DNA of 64,000 nt from contig BROI01000016.1 in assembly GCA_027923505.1 (NCBI GenBank), positions 186,001 to 250,000 on the forward strand, read 5' to 3'. The notes under the pieces were generated by a model, which saw only the letters and a program-made list of their open reading frames with translations, was not told where the DNA came from and ran no database searches. Below are positions 9,480 to 22,234 of this stretch, piece by piece. The DNA is from Mayamaea pseudoterrestris (taxonomy: Eukaryota). Within the stretch, counting starts at the first letter, position 1, and every line of letters begins with the position of its first letter. A program made the position numbers and the translations under genes.

Positions 9480-12170
9480 GCCTCTCGCTGATGTAAATCG
9501 CTGGATGGCGATAACGGAAGTTGCGTTCGAAATTTGCCGGATATTTCGCCTTTTGTTACATTTCGCGGTGGGAACCGGTCACGCTTGAGGCAGGGGAGCT
9601 TTCCTCGCGGTACGATCTGGCAACGCGATCAGGCATCGCAGAGAATAGCGGTCCGCACATGACTTTTCTCGTTTGACGGATCGACACGCTTTCAGGCAGG
9701 ATTCCGCGCTCCAACGTGGTCTCGCAGCTACTTGTTACCACGAGAGTTGCCTTCCTTCCCTGAGTCTGGAGGGAGATTTCTGAAGAAGCTACACGCGCAA
9801 GCGAGCGAAATTTTGAAACTCCAGATCTCGACAGACGCTATCATAGCACGAATGCGACAGAAAGTAGTCACGACAACTACGGCGAAACGACGCACGAAAT
9901 GATTCTCCGATGGCGAACCACGCCAACGCACTCAGCGAAGTTCTTCAGAAGGGCTGAGCAAGAATCAGGAATAAATGCCCTGTTCTCCAAGCGAACTCAT
10001 CGGACGCACGCTCGTAAGGGAACACGTAAAACGGTCAGAAAATGCGAGCGACTGTATGCGAATATATCGGCACGCCATAACGAGCTACCAACGCACTTTA
10101 AAGCGTTTCCTGATCCAGATGGGAGAGGAGCCAGCGAAAGACTTAATAAGTTACAACGAACTGTCGGATTTAATCGAACGACAGATGGACGGCGAAGATA
10201 TACTAAACGATCCGGGCGACTCAGGGTATTCACAAAGTAATCGGACACGAAAGCTTAATCTGAAACCGAACGATCCGCCTGATACAAGGGAAGTTCAAGT
10301 AACGTTTCGTCGAATGGACCGACGGAACGACGACGTGGAGCCTCTCGCGATTATGAAGAAGGACGATCCGATAACGATCGCAGAGTATGGACTCGCAACA
10401 CAGCTTACCGACAAGCCAGGATGGAAGCAGCTGGAACATTACACTCGGAGCAAAGAAGTTTCGGCAGATGGTGACAGCAGCGAAACGAAAATCGGAAGCA
10501 AACGGCGCTACGCGACAGCGTCCGCGCACGCAATGATAACACCATTTTTGCGCCCCACCGTCAACGGCAACACGCTGTGGACGGATGCGATTCGAACGAA
10601 TTAAATCAGATAAATGATTACACACGTTCGCAGATCAAGGAGTCGGTAAGGTTATGCCGGCGCCATGGAAACGGTAAACGCGTAATCGATATTCGATGTC
10701 AAGCACGATTTGCGACGGAAAGCACGACTCGCGGCGAGGAGGACATATGACAGAGCCGCCAAGGATTCAGTTTACTCGGGCGTTGTGTCATTCCAAGGGT
10801 CTACGAATGGTAGCGGCGTTAGCGGAACTCAACGGTCTGGAACCGTGGGCAGCTGACGTCGGCAACGCATACTTGGAAGCGAAAACGAAAGAGAAGGTTT
10901 ATATCGTGGCAGGTCCGGAGTTCGGGAGCTCGAGGGTCACACGCTTCACGATCGTTGAAGGCATTATACGGTCTTCGCACGTCAGGCTGCACGCTGGCAC
11001 GAGCACTTTGCAGACACGCTCCGCGACATTGGCTTCACGCCGTGTATCGCAGGAACCGGACGTGTGGATGCGCTTGATAAAGGCACGCACCACGAATACG
11101 TTTGTGTGTATGTCGACGATTTAGCGATAGCGATGAAGAATCCAAAGGAACTAACGGATCTTTTAATTGAGAACTACAACTACAAGTTGAAGGGGCGTCA
11201 GTCCATTGGCATATCATTTGGGGCAGACGTTTAGACGAGGACGACGGCGTACTCTGCTTCGGGCGAAGAAATACGTCACGAGGCTACTAGCGAACTACAA
11301 AGTATTGGCGAGGAAACCGCGACCGCAGACAAGTCCATTACGCGACGGCGATCATCCGGAAACTCGACGAAACGAAAGAACTTGACGAGAGGAATTGCGA
11401 AGTATCAATCGATAATTGGTGCGTTGCAATGGGCAGTAAGTTTATGTCGATTCGACATTCACTGCGCTTGTCATGACTGGGGAGATTCCGAGCTGCGCCA
11501 CGGCAGGGCACTTGGAACGGTTGAAGCATATTTGCGGATACTTACGACGATACCCGGATGGGTGCGATTCGATTCAACGTTTCGATTCCAACGGCCAGCG
11601 ACTACGCGACAGTTGACAAGATGGATTGGGACTACAGCGTGTACGGCAAGATCTGCGAAGAGCTTCCGTGGAACATGCCCACGCTGCGCGGCAAAGGCGG
11701 TGCAGAATGTCAACGTTTGAAGATGCAAACCTGTACCACGATTACACGACGGGACGGGCAGCGATGGGCATGCTACACATGTTGAATGGAACAGTCGTCG
11801 TTGGTTTGACGTAGCCGACAGTCGGCGGACGGCGATGCGGCTCGGAGTTTGTAGCAGCGAGTGACACGAGCAGATCATGGATCTCCGCTTCACGCTACGC
11901 ATGTTGGGAGTTCCGCTCGACGGACCTTCATGGATGTTTGGAGAGACAACAAGTCGGTAACGCAAAGCAGTAACTTACCGCACTCTAGTCGACGAAGCGA
12001 CACAATGCACTGGCATTTCACCCGGTACGCGAAGCGATTGCGGCGGGAATTAATTTCAACCACATCATGGGAACGACAAACCGCGGATGTACTTACCAAG
12101 TTTCTTCCCGGCAACGGCAAGCAAGCACTTAAAGAACCTGCTTTTCAAGGAATCGAACTATTAGGTATGA
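9480..12170 (+). pseudogene. pol: Frameshifted pol remnant (integrase C-terminus, chromodomain-like motif, RT, RNase H)
   Basis: Fragments in shifting frames: PDISPF..WEPV (~9537), GIAENSGPHMTFLV, VEWTDGTTTW/EPL (~10309), GGHMTEPP, WAADVGNAYLEAKTKEKVYIVAGPEFG, CVYVDDLAIA (~11104), YQSIIGALQWAVSLCRFDI, DANLYHDYTTGR, DNKSV, ADVLTK. Confidence 0.9.
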
Positions 12171-12181
12171 CTTGAGGGGAG

Positions 12182-12495
12182 TTGCAGGATGTGAACGAAA
12201 AACAAGCGAAAAATCGGGCAAGTCACACCGAATGTCCGGATAGGGTGACCAGCAGCACTCGCGGCTCACCACAGCCTCACGATCGCGTGATGCGTGGCAG
12301 CGACGGCTTCGAAGCGATTCAACAAGTATATTGCTGAAACTAGTGCGATAGAGAGTAGAAACAAGCAGAGTTACTAAGCTTGAAGAGTGAAGACAGCTAT
12401 TTATTCGCTCTCGTATTGTAGCAACTGCAAGCTTGGTTGGCCATCCAAGGACAGCTACAAGCGAAAGGTGCAACGATTTGATTTACAAGTTACAA
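12182..12495 (+). repeat. 3' LTR
   Basis: Follows the PPT at 12174-12181 and matches 7359-7671 with a few substitutions and homopolymer indels. Confidence 0.88.
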
Positions 12496-15400
12496 TCAGC
12501 CTGCAGATGCTGTGACATTCCAACGCCCTTACAGCAGGCCCTGTCGTTGCCCAAAATACACCAGAATGGTGCCAACATCATGATTCAGGCTGCGCTACAT
12601 GATGGTAAGCTTGGCTGGTGTCTCAGGGGATGGCAATGTATTTGGTGACAACTTGTCACCAGTCTCAGCCTGCAGATGCCATGACATTCCAACGCCCCTA
12701 CAACAGGCCCTGTCGGTGCCCAAAATACACCAGAATGGTGCCAACATTTTTTATTCAGCCTGGGCGACAAGATGGTAGGCTTGGCTGGTGTCTCAGGGGA
12801 TGGCAATGTATTTGGTGACAACTTGTCACCAGTCTCAGCCTGCAGATGCTGTGACATTCCAACGCCCTTACAGCAGGCCCTGTTGTTGCCCAAAATACAC
12901 CAGAATGGTGCCAACATCATGATTCAGGCTGCGCTACATGATGGTAAGCTTGGCTGGTGTCTCAGGGGATGGCAATGTATTTGGTGACAACTTGTCACCA
13001 GTCTCAGCCTGCAGATGCCATGACATTCCAACGCCCCTACAGCAGGCCCTGTCGGTGCCCAAAATACACCAGAATGGTGCCAACATTATTATTCAGGCTG
13101 CGCTACAAGATGGTAAGCTTGGCTGGTGTCTCAGGGGATGGCAATGTATTTGGTGACAACTTGTCACCAGTCTCAGCCTGCAGATGCTGTGACATTCCAA
13201 CGCCCTTACAGCAGGCCCTGTCGGTGCCCAAAATACACCAGAATGGTGGCAACATTATTAAGGCTGCGAGTACAAGATGGTAGGCTTGGCTGGTGTCTCA
13301 GGGGATGGCAATGTATTTGGTGACAACTTGTCACCAGTCTCAGCCCGTAGATGCCATGACAGTCAAACGCCCCTACAGCAAGCCCTGTCGGTGCCCAAAT
13401 TACACCAGAATTGAGCCAACATCATTATTCAGGCTGCCCTACAAGATGGTAAGCTTGGCTGGTGTCTCAGGGGATGGCAATGTATTTGGTGACAACTTGT
13501 CACCAGTCTCAGCCCGCAGATGCCATGACATTCCAATGCCCCTACAGCAGGCCCTGTAGGTGCCCAAATTACACCAGAATGGTGCCAACATCATTATTCA
13601 GGCTGCGCTACATGATGGTAGGCTTGGCTGGTGTCTCAGGGGATGGCAATGTATTTGGTGACAACTTGTCACCAGTCTCAGCCCGCAGATGCCGTGACAT
13701 TCCAGTGCCCCTACAGCAGGCCCTGTCGTGCCAAATTACAACAGAATGGTGCCAACTTTATTATTCAGGCTACAAGATGGTAAGCGGCTGGTGCCGGGAC
13801 AATTTGGTGACAACGTCACTCTCAGCCCCCGATGCTGTGACATTCAAACGCCCCTACAGCAAGGCCTGGTGCCCAAATTACACAGAATGGTAGCCAACAT
13901 CATTATTTTGGCTGCGCTACAAGATGGTAAGCTTGGCTGGTGTCTCAGGGGATGGCAATGTATTTGGTGACAACTTGTCACCAGTCTCAGCCCGTAGATG
14001 CCATGACAGTCAAACGCCCCTACAGCAAGCCCTGTCGGTGCCCAAATTACACCAGAATTGAGCCAACATCATTATTCAGGCTGCCCTACAAGATGGTAAG
14101 CTTGGCTGGTGTCTCAGGGGATGGCAATGTATTTGGTGACAACTTGTCACCAGTCTCAGCCCGCAGATGCCATGACATTCCAACGCCCCTACAGCAGGCC
14201 CTGTAGGTGCCCAAATTACACCAGAATGGTGCCAACATCATTATTCAGGCTGCGCTACAAGATGGTAAGCTTGGCTGGTGTCTCAGGGGATGGCAATGTA
14301 TTTGGTGACAACTTGTCACCAGTCTCAGCCCGCAGATGCCATGACATCCCAACGCCCCTACAGCAGGCCCTGTCGGTGCCCACATTACACCAGAAAGGTA
14401 CCAACATCATTATTCAGGCTGCGCTACATGATGGTAAGCTTGGCTGGTGTCTCAGGGGATGGCAATGTATTTGGTGACAACTTGTCACCAGTCTCAGCCC
14501 GCAGATGCCATGACATTCCAACGCCCCTACAGCAGGCCCTGTAGGTGCCCAAATTACACCAGAATGGTGCCAACATCATTATTTAGGCTGCGCTACAAGA
14601 TGGTAGGCTTGGCTGGTGTCTCAGGGGATGGCAATGTATTTGGTGACAACTTGTCACCAGTCTCAGCCCGCAGATGCCATGACATTCCAACGCCCCTACA
14701 ACAGGCCCTGTCGGTGCCCAAAATACACCAGAATGGTGCCAACATCATTATTCAGGCTGCGCAACAAGATGGTAGGCTTGGCTGGTGTCTCAGGGGATGG
14801 CAATGTATTTGGTGACAACTTGTCACCAGTCTCAGCCCGCAGATGCCATGACATTCCAACGCCCCTACAGCAGGCCCTGTTGGTGCCCAAATTACACCAG
14901 AACGGTGCCAACATCATTATTCAGGCTGCGCTACAAGATGGTAGGCTTGGCTGATGTCTCAGGGGATGGCAATGTATTTGGTGACAACTTGTCACCAGTC
15001 TCAGCCCGCAGATGCCATGACATTCCAATGCCCCTACAGCAGGCCCTGTTGGAGCCCAAATTACACCAGAATGATGCCAACATCATTATTCAGGCTGCGC
15101 TACAAGATGGTAGGCTTGGCTGGTGTCTCAGGGGATGGCAATGTATTTGGTGACAACTTGTCACCAGTCTCAGCCTGCAGATGCCGTGACATTCCAGCGC
15201 CCCTACAGCAGGCCCTGTTGGTGCCCAAAATACACCAGAATGGTGCCAACATCATTATTCAGGCTGGGCTACAAGATGGTAGGCTTGGCTGGTGTCTCAG
15301 GGGATGGCAATGTATTTGGTGACAACTTGTCACCAGTCTCAGCCCGCAGATGCCATGACATTCCAACGCCCCTACAGCAGGCCCTGTCGGTGCCCAAATT

Positions 15401-18400
15401 ACACCAGAATGGTGCCAACATCATTATTCAGGCTGGGCTACAAGATGGTAGGCTTGGCTGATGTCTCAGGGGATGGCAATGTATTTGGTGACAACTTGTC
15501 ACCAGTCTCAGCCCGCAGATGCCGTGACAGTCAAACGCCTCTACTGCAGGCCCTGTTGGTGCCCAAAATACACCAGAATGGTGGCAACATTTTTATTCAG
15601 GCTGGGCGACAAGATGGTAGGCTTGGCTGGTGTCTCAGGGGATGGCAATGTATTTGGTGACAACTTGTCACCAGTCTCAGCCCGCAGATGCCGTGACATT
15701 CAGACGCCCCTACAGCAGGCCCTGTTGGTGCCCAAATTACACCAGAAAGGTGCCAACTTCATTATTTAGGCTGCGCTACATGATGGTAAGCTTGGCTGGT
15801 GTCTCAGGGGATGCCAATGTATTTGGTGACAACTTGTCACCAGTCTCAGCCCGCAGATGCTGTGACATTCAAACGCCCCTACAGCAAGCCCTGTCGGTGC
15901 CCAAATTACACCAAAACGGTGCCAACATCATTAATCAGGCTGCGCTACAAGATGGTAAGCTTGGCTGGTGTCTCAGGGGATGGCAATGTATTTGGTGACA
16001 ACTTGTCACCAGTCTCAGCCCGCAGATGCCATGACATTCCAACGCCCCTACAGCAGGCCCTGTAGGTGCCCAAATTACAACAGAATGGTACCAACATCAT
16101 TATTCAGGCTGGGCTACAAGATGGTAGGTTTGGCTGGTGTCTCAGGGGATGCCAATGTATTTGGTGACAACTTGTCACCAGTCTCAGCCCGCAGATGCTG
16201 TGACATTCGAACGCCCCTACAGCAAGCCCTGTCGGTGCCCAAATTACACCAGAACGGTGCCAACATCATTAATCAGGCTGAGCTACAAGATGGTAGGCTT
16301 GGCTGGTGTCTCAGGGGATGGCAATGTATTTGGTGACAACTTGTCACCAGTCTCAGCCCGCAGATGCCATGACATTCCAACGCCCCTACAGCAGGCCCTG
16401 TAGGTGCCCAAATTACAACAGAATGGTACCAACATTATTATTCAGGCTGGGCTACAAGATGGTAGGCATGGCTGGTGTCTCAAGGGATGGCAATGTCTTT
16501 GGTGACAACTTGTCACCAGTCTCAGCCCGCAGATGCCGTGACATTCCAGTGCCCCTACAGCAGGCCCTGTCGGTGCCCAAAATACACCAGAATGGTGCCA
16601 ACATTATTATTCAGGCTGGGCTACAAGATGGTAGGCTTGGCTGGTGTCTCAGGGGAAGGCAATGTATTTGGTGACAACTTGTCACCAGTCTCAGCCCGCA
16701 GATGCCATGGCATTCCAACGCCCCTACAGCAGCCCCTGTCGGTGCCCAAATCACACCAGAATGGTGCCAAAATTATTATTCGGCTGGGCTACAAGATGGT
16801 AGGCTTGGCTGGTGTCTCAGGGGATGGCAATGTATTTGGTGACAACTTGTCACCAGTCTCAGCCCGCAGATGCCATGACATTCCAACGCCCCTACAGCAG
16901 GCCCTGTCGGTGCCCAAATTACACCAGAATGGTGCCAACATCATTATTCAGGCTGCGCTACATGATGGTAAGCTTGGCTGGTGTCTCAGGGGATGGCAAT
17001 GTATTTGGTGACAACTTGTCACCAGTCTCAGCCCCACGCATAACCACGCCCAGGTGCCCTCAGAGCATTTACGATGGAGGCTTGTCTCGGGGAGCATGTA
17101 TTTGGTGACAACTTGTCACCAGTCCAGCCCGTAGATGCCAGACTCAACCCCTACAGCAAGCCCTGTCGGTGCCCAAATTACACCAGAATGGTGCCAACAT
17201 CATTATTCAGGCTGCGCTACATGATGGTAAGCTTGGCTGGTGTCTCAGGGGATGGCAATGTATTTGGTGACAACTTGTCACCAGTCTCAGCCCGCAGATG
17301 CCATGACATTCCAACGCCCCTACAGCAGGCCCTGTCGGTGCCCAAATTACACCAGAATGGTGGCAACATTATTATTCAGGCTGGGCTACAAGATGGTAGG
17401 CTTGGCTGGTGTCTCAGGGGATGGCAATGTATTTGGTGACAACTTGTCACCAGTCTCAGCCCGCAGATGCCATGACATTCCAACGCCCCTACAGCAGGCC
17501 CTGTAGGTGCCCAAATTACACCATAATGGTGCCAACATCATTATTCAGGCTGCGCTACAAGATGGTAAGCTTGGCTGGTGTCTCAGGGGATGGCAATGTA
17601 TTTGGTGACAACTTGTCACCAGTCTCAGCCTGCAGATGCCGTGACATTCCAACGCCCCTACAGCAGGCCCTGTAGGTGCCCAAATTACACCAGAATGGTG
17701 GCAACATTATTATTCAGGCTGGGCTACAAGATGATAGGCTTGGCTGGTGTCTCAGGGGAAGGCAATGTATTTGGTGACAACTTGTCACCAGTCTCAGCCT
17801 GCAGATGCCATGGCATTCCAACGCCCCTACAGCAGCCCCTGTCGGTGCCCAAATCACACCAGAATGGTGCCAAAATTATTATTCGGCTGGGCTACAAGAT
17901 GGTAGGCTTGGCTGGTGTCTCAGGGGATGGCAATGTATTTGGTGACAACTTGTCACCAGTCTCAGCCCGTAGATGCCATGACAGTCAAACGCCCCTACAG
18001 CAAGCCCTGTCGGTGCCCAAATTACACCATAATGGTGCCAACATCATTATTCAGGCTGCGCTACAAGATGGTAAGCTTGGCTGGTGTCTCAGGGGATGGC
18101 AATGTATTTGGTGACAACTTGTCACCAGTCTCAGCCCGCAGATGCCATGACATTCCAACGCCCCTACAGCAGGCCCTGTCGGTGCCCAAATTACACCAGA
18201 ATGGTGCCAACATCATTATTCAGGCTGCGCTACAAGATGGTAAGCTTGGCTGGTGTCTCAGGGGATGCCAATGTATTTGGTGACAACTTGTCACCAGTCT
18301 CAGCCCGTAGATGCCATGACAGTCAAATGCCCCTACAGCAAGCCCTGTCGGTGCCCAAATTACACCAGAATTGAGCCAACATCATTCTTCAGGCTGGGCG

Positions 18401-20100
18401 ACAAGATGGTAGGCCTGGCTGGTGTCTCAGGGGATGGCAATGTATTTGGTGACAACTTGTCACCAGTCTCAGCCCGCAGATGCCATGACATTCCAACGCC
18501 CCTACAGCAGGCCCTGTAGGTGCCCAAAATACACCAGAATGGTGCCAACATCATTATTCAGGCTGGGCGACAAGATGGTAGGCCTGGCTGGTGTCTCAGG
18601 GGATGGCAATGTATTTGGTGACAACTTGTCACCAGTCTCAGCCCGCAGATGCCGTGACATTCCAACGCCCCTACAGCAGGCCCTGTCAGTGCCCAAATTA
18701 CACCAGAATGGTGCCAACATCATTATTCAGGCTGGGCTACAAGATGGTAGGCTTGGCTGATGTCTCAGGGGATGGCAATGTATTTGGTGACAACTTGTCA
18801 CCAGTCTCAGCCCGCAGATGCCATGACATTCCAATGCCCCTACAGCAGGCCCAGTTGGTGCCCAAATTACACCAGAATGGTGCCAACATCATTATTCAGG
18901 CTGCGCTACAAGATGGTAGGCTTGGCTGGTGTCTCAGGGGATGGCAATGTATTTGGTGACAACTTGTCACCAGTCTCAGCCCGCAGATGCCATGACATTC
19001 CAACGCCCCTACAGCAGGCCCTGTAGGTGCCCAAATTACACCAGAATGGTGCCAACATCATTATTCAGGCTGCGCTACATGATGGTAAGCTTGGCTGGTG
19101 TCTCAGGGGATGGCAATGTATTTGGTGACAACTTGTCACCAGTCTCAGCCCGTAGATGCCGTGACAGTTAAACGCCCCTACAGCAGGCCCTGTTGGTGCC
19201 CAAAATACACCAGAATGGTGGCAACATCATTATTCAGGCTGGGCTACAAGATGGTAGGCTTGGCTGGTGTCTCAGGGGATGGCAATGTATTTGGTGACAA
19301 CTTGTCACCAGTCTCAGCCCGCAGATGCCATGACATTCCAACGCCCCTACAACAGGCCCAGTCGGTGCCCAAAATACACCAGAATGGTGCCAACATCCTT
19401 ATTCAGGCTGGGCGACAAGATGGTAGGCCTGGCTGGTGTCTCAGGGGATGGCAATGTATTTGGTGACAACTTGTCACCAGTCTCAGCCCGCAGATGCCGT
19501 GACCTTCCAACGCCCCTACAATAGGCCCAGTCGGTGCCCAAAATACACCAGAATGGTGCCAACATCATTCTTCAGGCTGGGCGACAAGATGGTAGGCCTG
19601 GCTGGTGTCTCAGGGGATGGCAATGTATTTGGTGACAACTTGTCACCAGTCTCAGCCCGCACGCCCAATGGCCATGGTGCCAACGCCATACACCAGAATG
19701 GTGCCAACATCATTCTTCAGGCTGGGCGACAAGATGGTAGGCCTGGCTGGTGTCTCAGGGGATGGCAATGTATTTGGTGACAACTTGTCACCAGTCTCAG
19801 CCTGCAGATGCCGTGACATTCCAGCGCCCCTACAGCAGGCCCTGTCGGTGCTCAAAATACACCAGAATGGTGCCAACATTATTATTCAGGCTGGGCTACA
19901 AGATGGTAGGCTTGGCTGGTGTCTCAGGGGATGGCAATGTATTTGGTGACAACTTGTCACCGGTCTCAGCCCGCAGATGCCATGACATTCCAACGCCCCT
20001 ACAGCAAGCCATGTATACACCCAAATCACACCAGAATGGTGCCAACATCATTAGTTAGGCTGCGCTACAAGATGGTAGGCTTGGCTGGTGTCTCAGAGTG
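12496..20100 (+). repeat. Tandem satellite array, 169-bp monomer, ~45 copies
   Basis: Core GGTGTCTCAGGGGATGGCAATGTATTTGGTGACAACTTGTCACCAGTCTCAGCC recurs every 169 bp (ORF-track starts 14109, 14278, 14447...). The unit length is not a multiple of 3. Confidence 0.98.
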
Positions 20101-20372
20101 CAATGTATTGGATTTCACGGGTTAGTGACTACAATGTACGTGGAACAGTCTGTCGATCAGTCGTTCTCAAAGCGTGAAGTTTCGGGTTCATCGGGGCTAT
20201 ACAACATCTTTTCTTAGAGTCGCTCAGTTAGAAACAGCTGATGGCGCGCGCGTCGCATTGGTTCTTTCGCTCTCACGAAACCACCATGGCGGACAGCCGT
20301 CGATCTTGACACTGATTTCATTTTCTTTGACGCAGAAACCAAAGTATAGTAGCGCAGTGATACTTTACAATC

Positions 20373-21902
20373 ATGGGAATCAAGAGTCTCGCCAAGTTAC
20401 TTGCCGACGAGGCTCCGGATGTAAGTAGCAGCAAGTGATTGAATTGCGTGAACGACGAGCGGCGGTGCGCGTTGGAGAGAAGCAAGCGAACGAATGACGA
20501 AGACGGAGAGCTCGATTGTAAATATAATAGATTAATGCATTCAATCTCTGTTCATCCAATGTCTCTCATTGACTCCCTTCTCTTCATCCTTCATGCATTA
20601 CTCATTATAATTTAACAGTGCATTCGCGAAGTCGAACTCAAGTCTCTCCACGGCCGCAAGATTGCCATTGACGCTAGCATGGCCATTTACCAGTTCCTCA
20701 TTGCCGTACGAACATCTGGAGGCAATCCAAACGCACAATCCTTCATGCTCACCAATTCCGAAGGCGAAACTACCTCGCATATCCAAGGAATGTTCAATCG
20801 ATCCATTCGATTCTTGACGGAAGGCATTCGACCCGTCTTTGTCTTTGACGGAGCGCCTCCAGAAATCAAGTCGCATGAACTACTCAAGCGACGAGACAAG
20901 CGAACCAAGGCCAAGGCGGCGCTTGTCGTTGCCACCGAAGAGGCCAATGTAGCTGAACTGGACAAGCAAAACAAACGACTCGTAGTCGCTGGACGCAAGG
21001 AGAATGACGAATGTCAAAAGCTGCTGCGACTCATGGGACTACCAGTCGTTCTTGCGCCATGCGAGGCCGAGGCGCAGGCGGCCGCACTCGCCAAGGCTGG
21101 AACGGTGTACGCGACGGGTACCGAAGACATGGATGCGCTCACCTTTCAAACGCCAATATTGATACGCAAATTGACCTTTGCCAATGCCAGCAAGAGTACT
21201 ATTCAAACGATTCGATACGACAAAGCAATTGAAGGCTTGAATGTGACGCAGGAACAGTTTGTTGACTTGTGTATACTACTTGGATGCGACTATTGCGACT
21301 CCATCAAGGGAGTTGGCCCCAAGACGGCGCTGAAAATGGTGCGCGACCATGGATCGATTGAAAACATTCTCAAAACGATTGATCGCAAGCGATTCACTGT
21401 TCCGGAGAGCTGGGAGCCTGATCGCAAGCCGGCGGCCCAAGAACATGGCGAAGCAGAAGATGGGACGGACGATGATAGCCACGACGAGAGTGACAAGAAG
21501 CTATCGCCTCAACATGGTGACGACGACGGCGATGCAGACGACGAAACGACCATTATTCCAGCCTACCAGCAAGCGCGCCGTCTCTTCAACGAGCACCCCG
21601 TTCTTGACAATGTACAACTCAAGTGGACTGCTCCAAATGTGGAGGAACTCACAAAGTTTCTCGTTGACGACTGCGGTTTTAGTGCCGAGCGCGTCGCCAG
21701 CAACATTACCAAGCTCCAAGCCGCCCACAAGGCCAATAGCAAGCCGCAGATGCGCATGGACAATTTCTTTGCCGCCAAGCCAGCTGCGCCAGGAGCAGTC
21801 AAGCGCAAGCCGGATGCAAAAGCTTCAGCCAAGGATAAAAAGGCGAAGGCGGGGGGTGCCAAGGGCAAGGCTGGAGCAGCGGCGGCTGCCAAGAAGAAGT
21901 AG
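20373..21902 (+). CDS. FEN1: Flap endonuclease 1 (exons 20373-20420 and 20619-21902)
   Basis: MGIKSLAKLLADEAPD|GTAAGT...TTTAACAG|CIREVELKSLHGRKIAIDASMAIYQFL. Also PVFVFDG, EAEAQ, TEDMDAL, LGCDY...IKGVGPKTA, PIP-box QMRMDNFF and a basic tail. Confidence 0.97.
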
Positions 21903-22234
21903 TAAACTGTAGAGTCGTCTGGCGGAACAAACGTATAATAACATTTTCTTGTTGATTTCGTACAATACTTGCCAGACATTTGTGTACCTCAACATGATCA
22001 ATCCGATTTGAATCCGCGCTAACAGCACACGCGCGCTTCCATTGCGAGGAATGCTGGCTTGCGCATGGACAGTATTGTACGAATTGGTACCAGTAGTATA
22101 TTAACAGCTACAATCGGCGTGTTGATTTTCTCAGCGGCGAAAATGCTAGCGTGTCCTACACGGCTGGTGAATAATGCCAAGCAGAAGATACAAAATCATG
22201 TTACATGTATATATGCTTTACCCACGCCGTAAAA

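Larger units (their letters stand above)
7359..12495 (+). mobile_element. Ty1/copia (CoDi-type) LTR retrotransposon, internally deleted and frameshifted
   Basis: Direct repeats of ~313 bp at 7359-7671 and 12182-12495, polypurine tract GAGGGGAG just before the 3' LTR, gag ORF, and copia domain order (integrase C-terminus, then RT, then RNase H). Confidence 0.93.

Noticed and set aside
12496..20100. CRISPR array (palindromic constant block at regular spacing)
   Set aside because: The intervening sequences are near-identical rather than unique spacers, there are no cas genes, and the context is eukaryotic.
12496..20100. Tandem 5S rRNA, tRNA or snRNA genes
   Set aside because: No recognisable 5S, tRNA (GTTCGA T-loop) or U-snRNA signatures in the monomer.
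12585..20125. Dozens of repeated short ORFs (MSQGMAMYLVTTCHQ...)
   Set aside because: Artefacts of a 169-bp unit that cycles through reading frames; stops are frequent and most starts are non-ATG.
20136..20148. GTACGTGG(A/G)ACAG shared with 55052-55064 as a common element terminus
   Set aside because: Only a 12/13-bp match and in inconsistent orientation relative to the satellite; may be chance.
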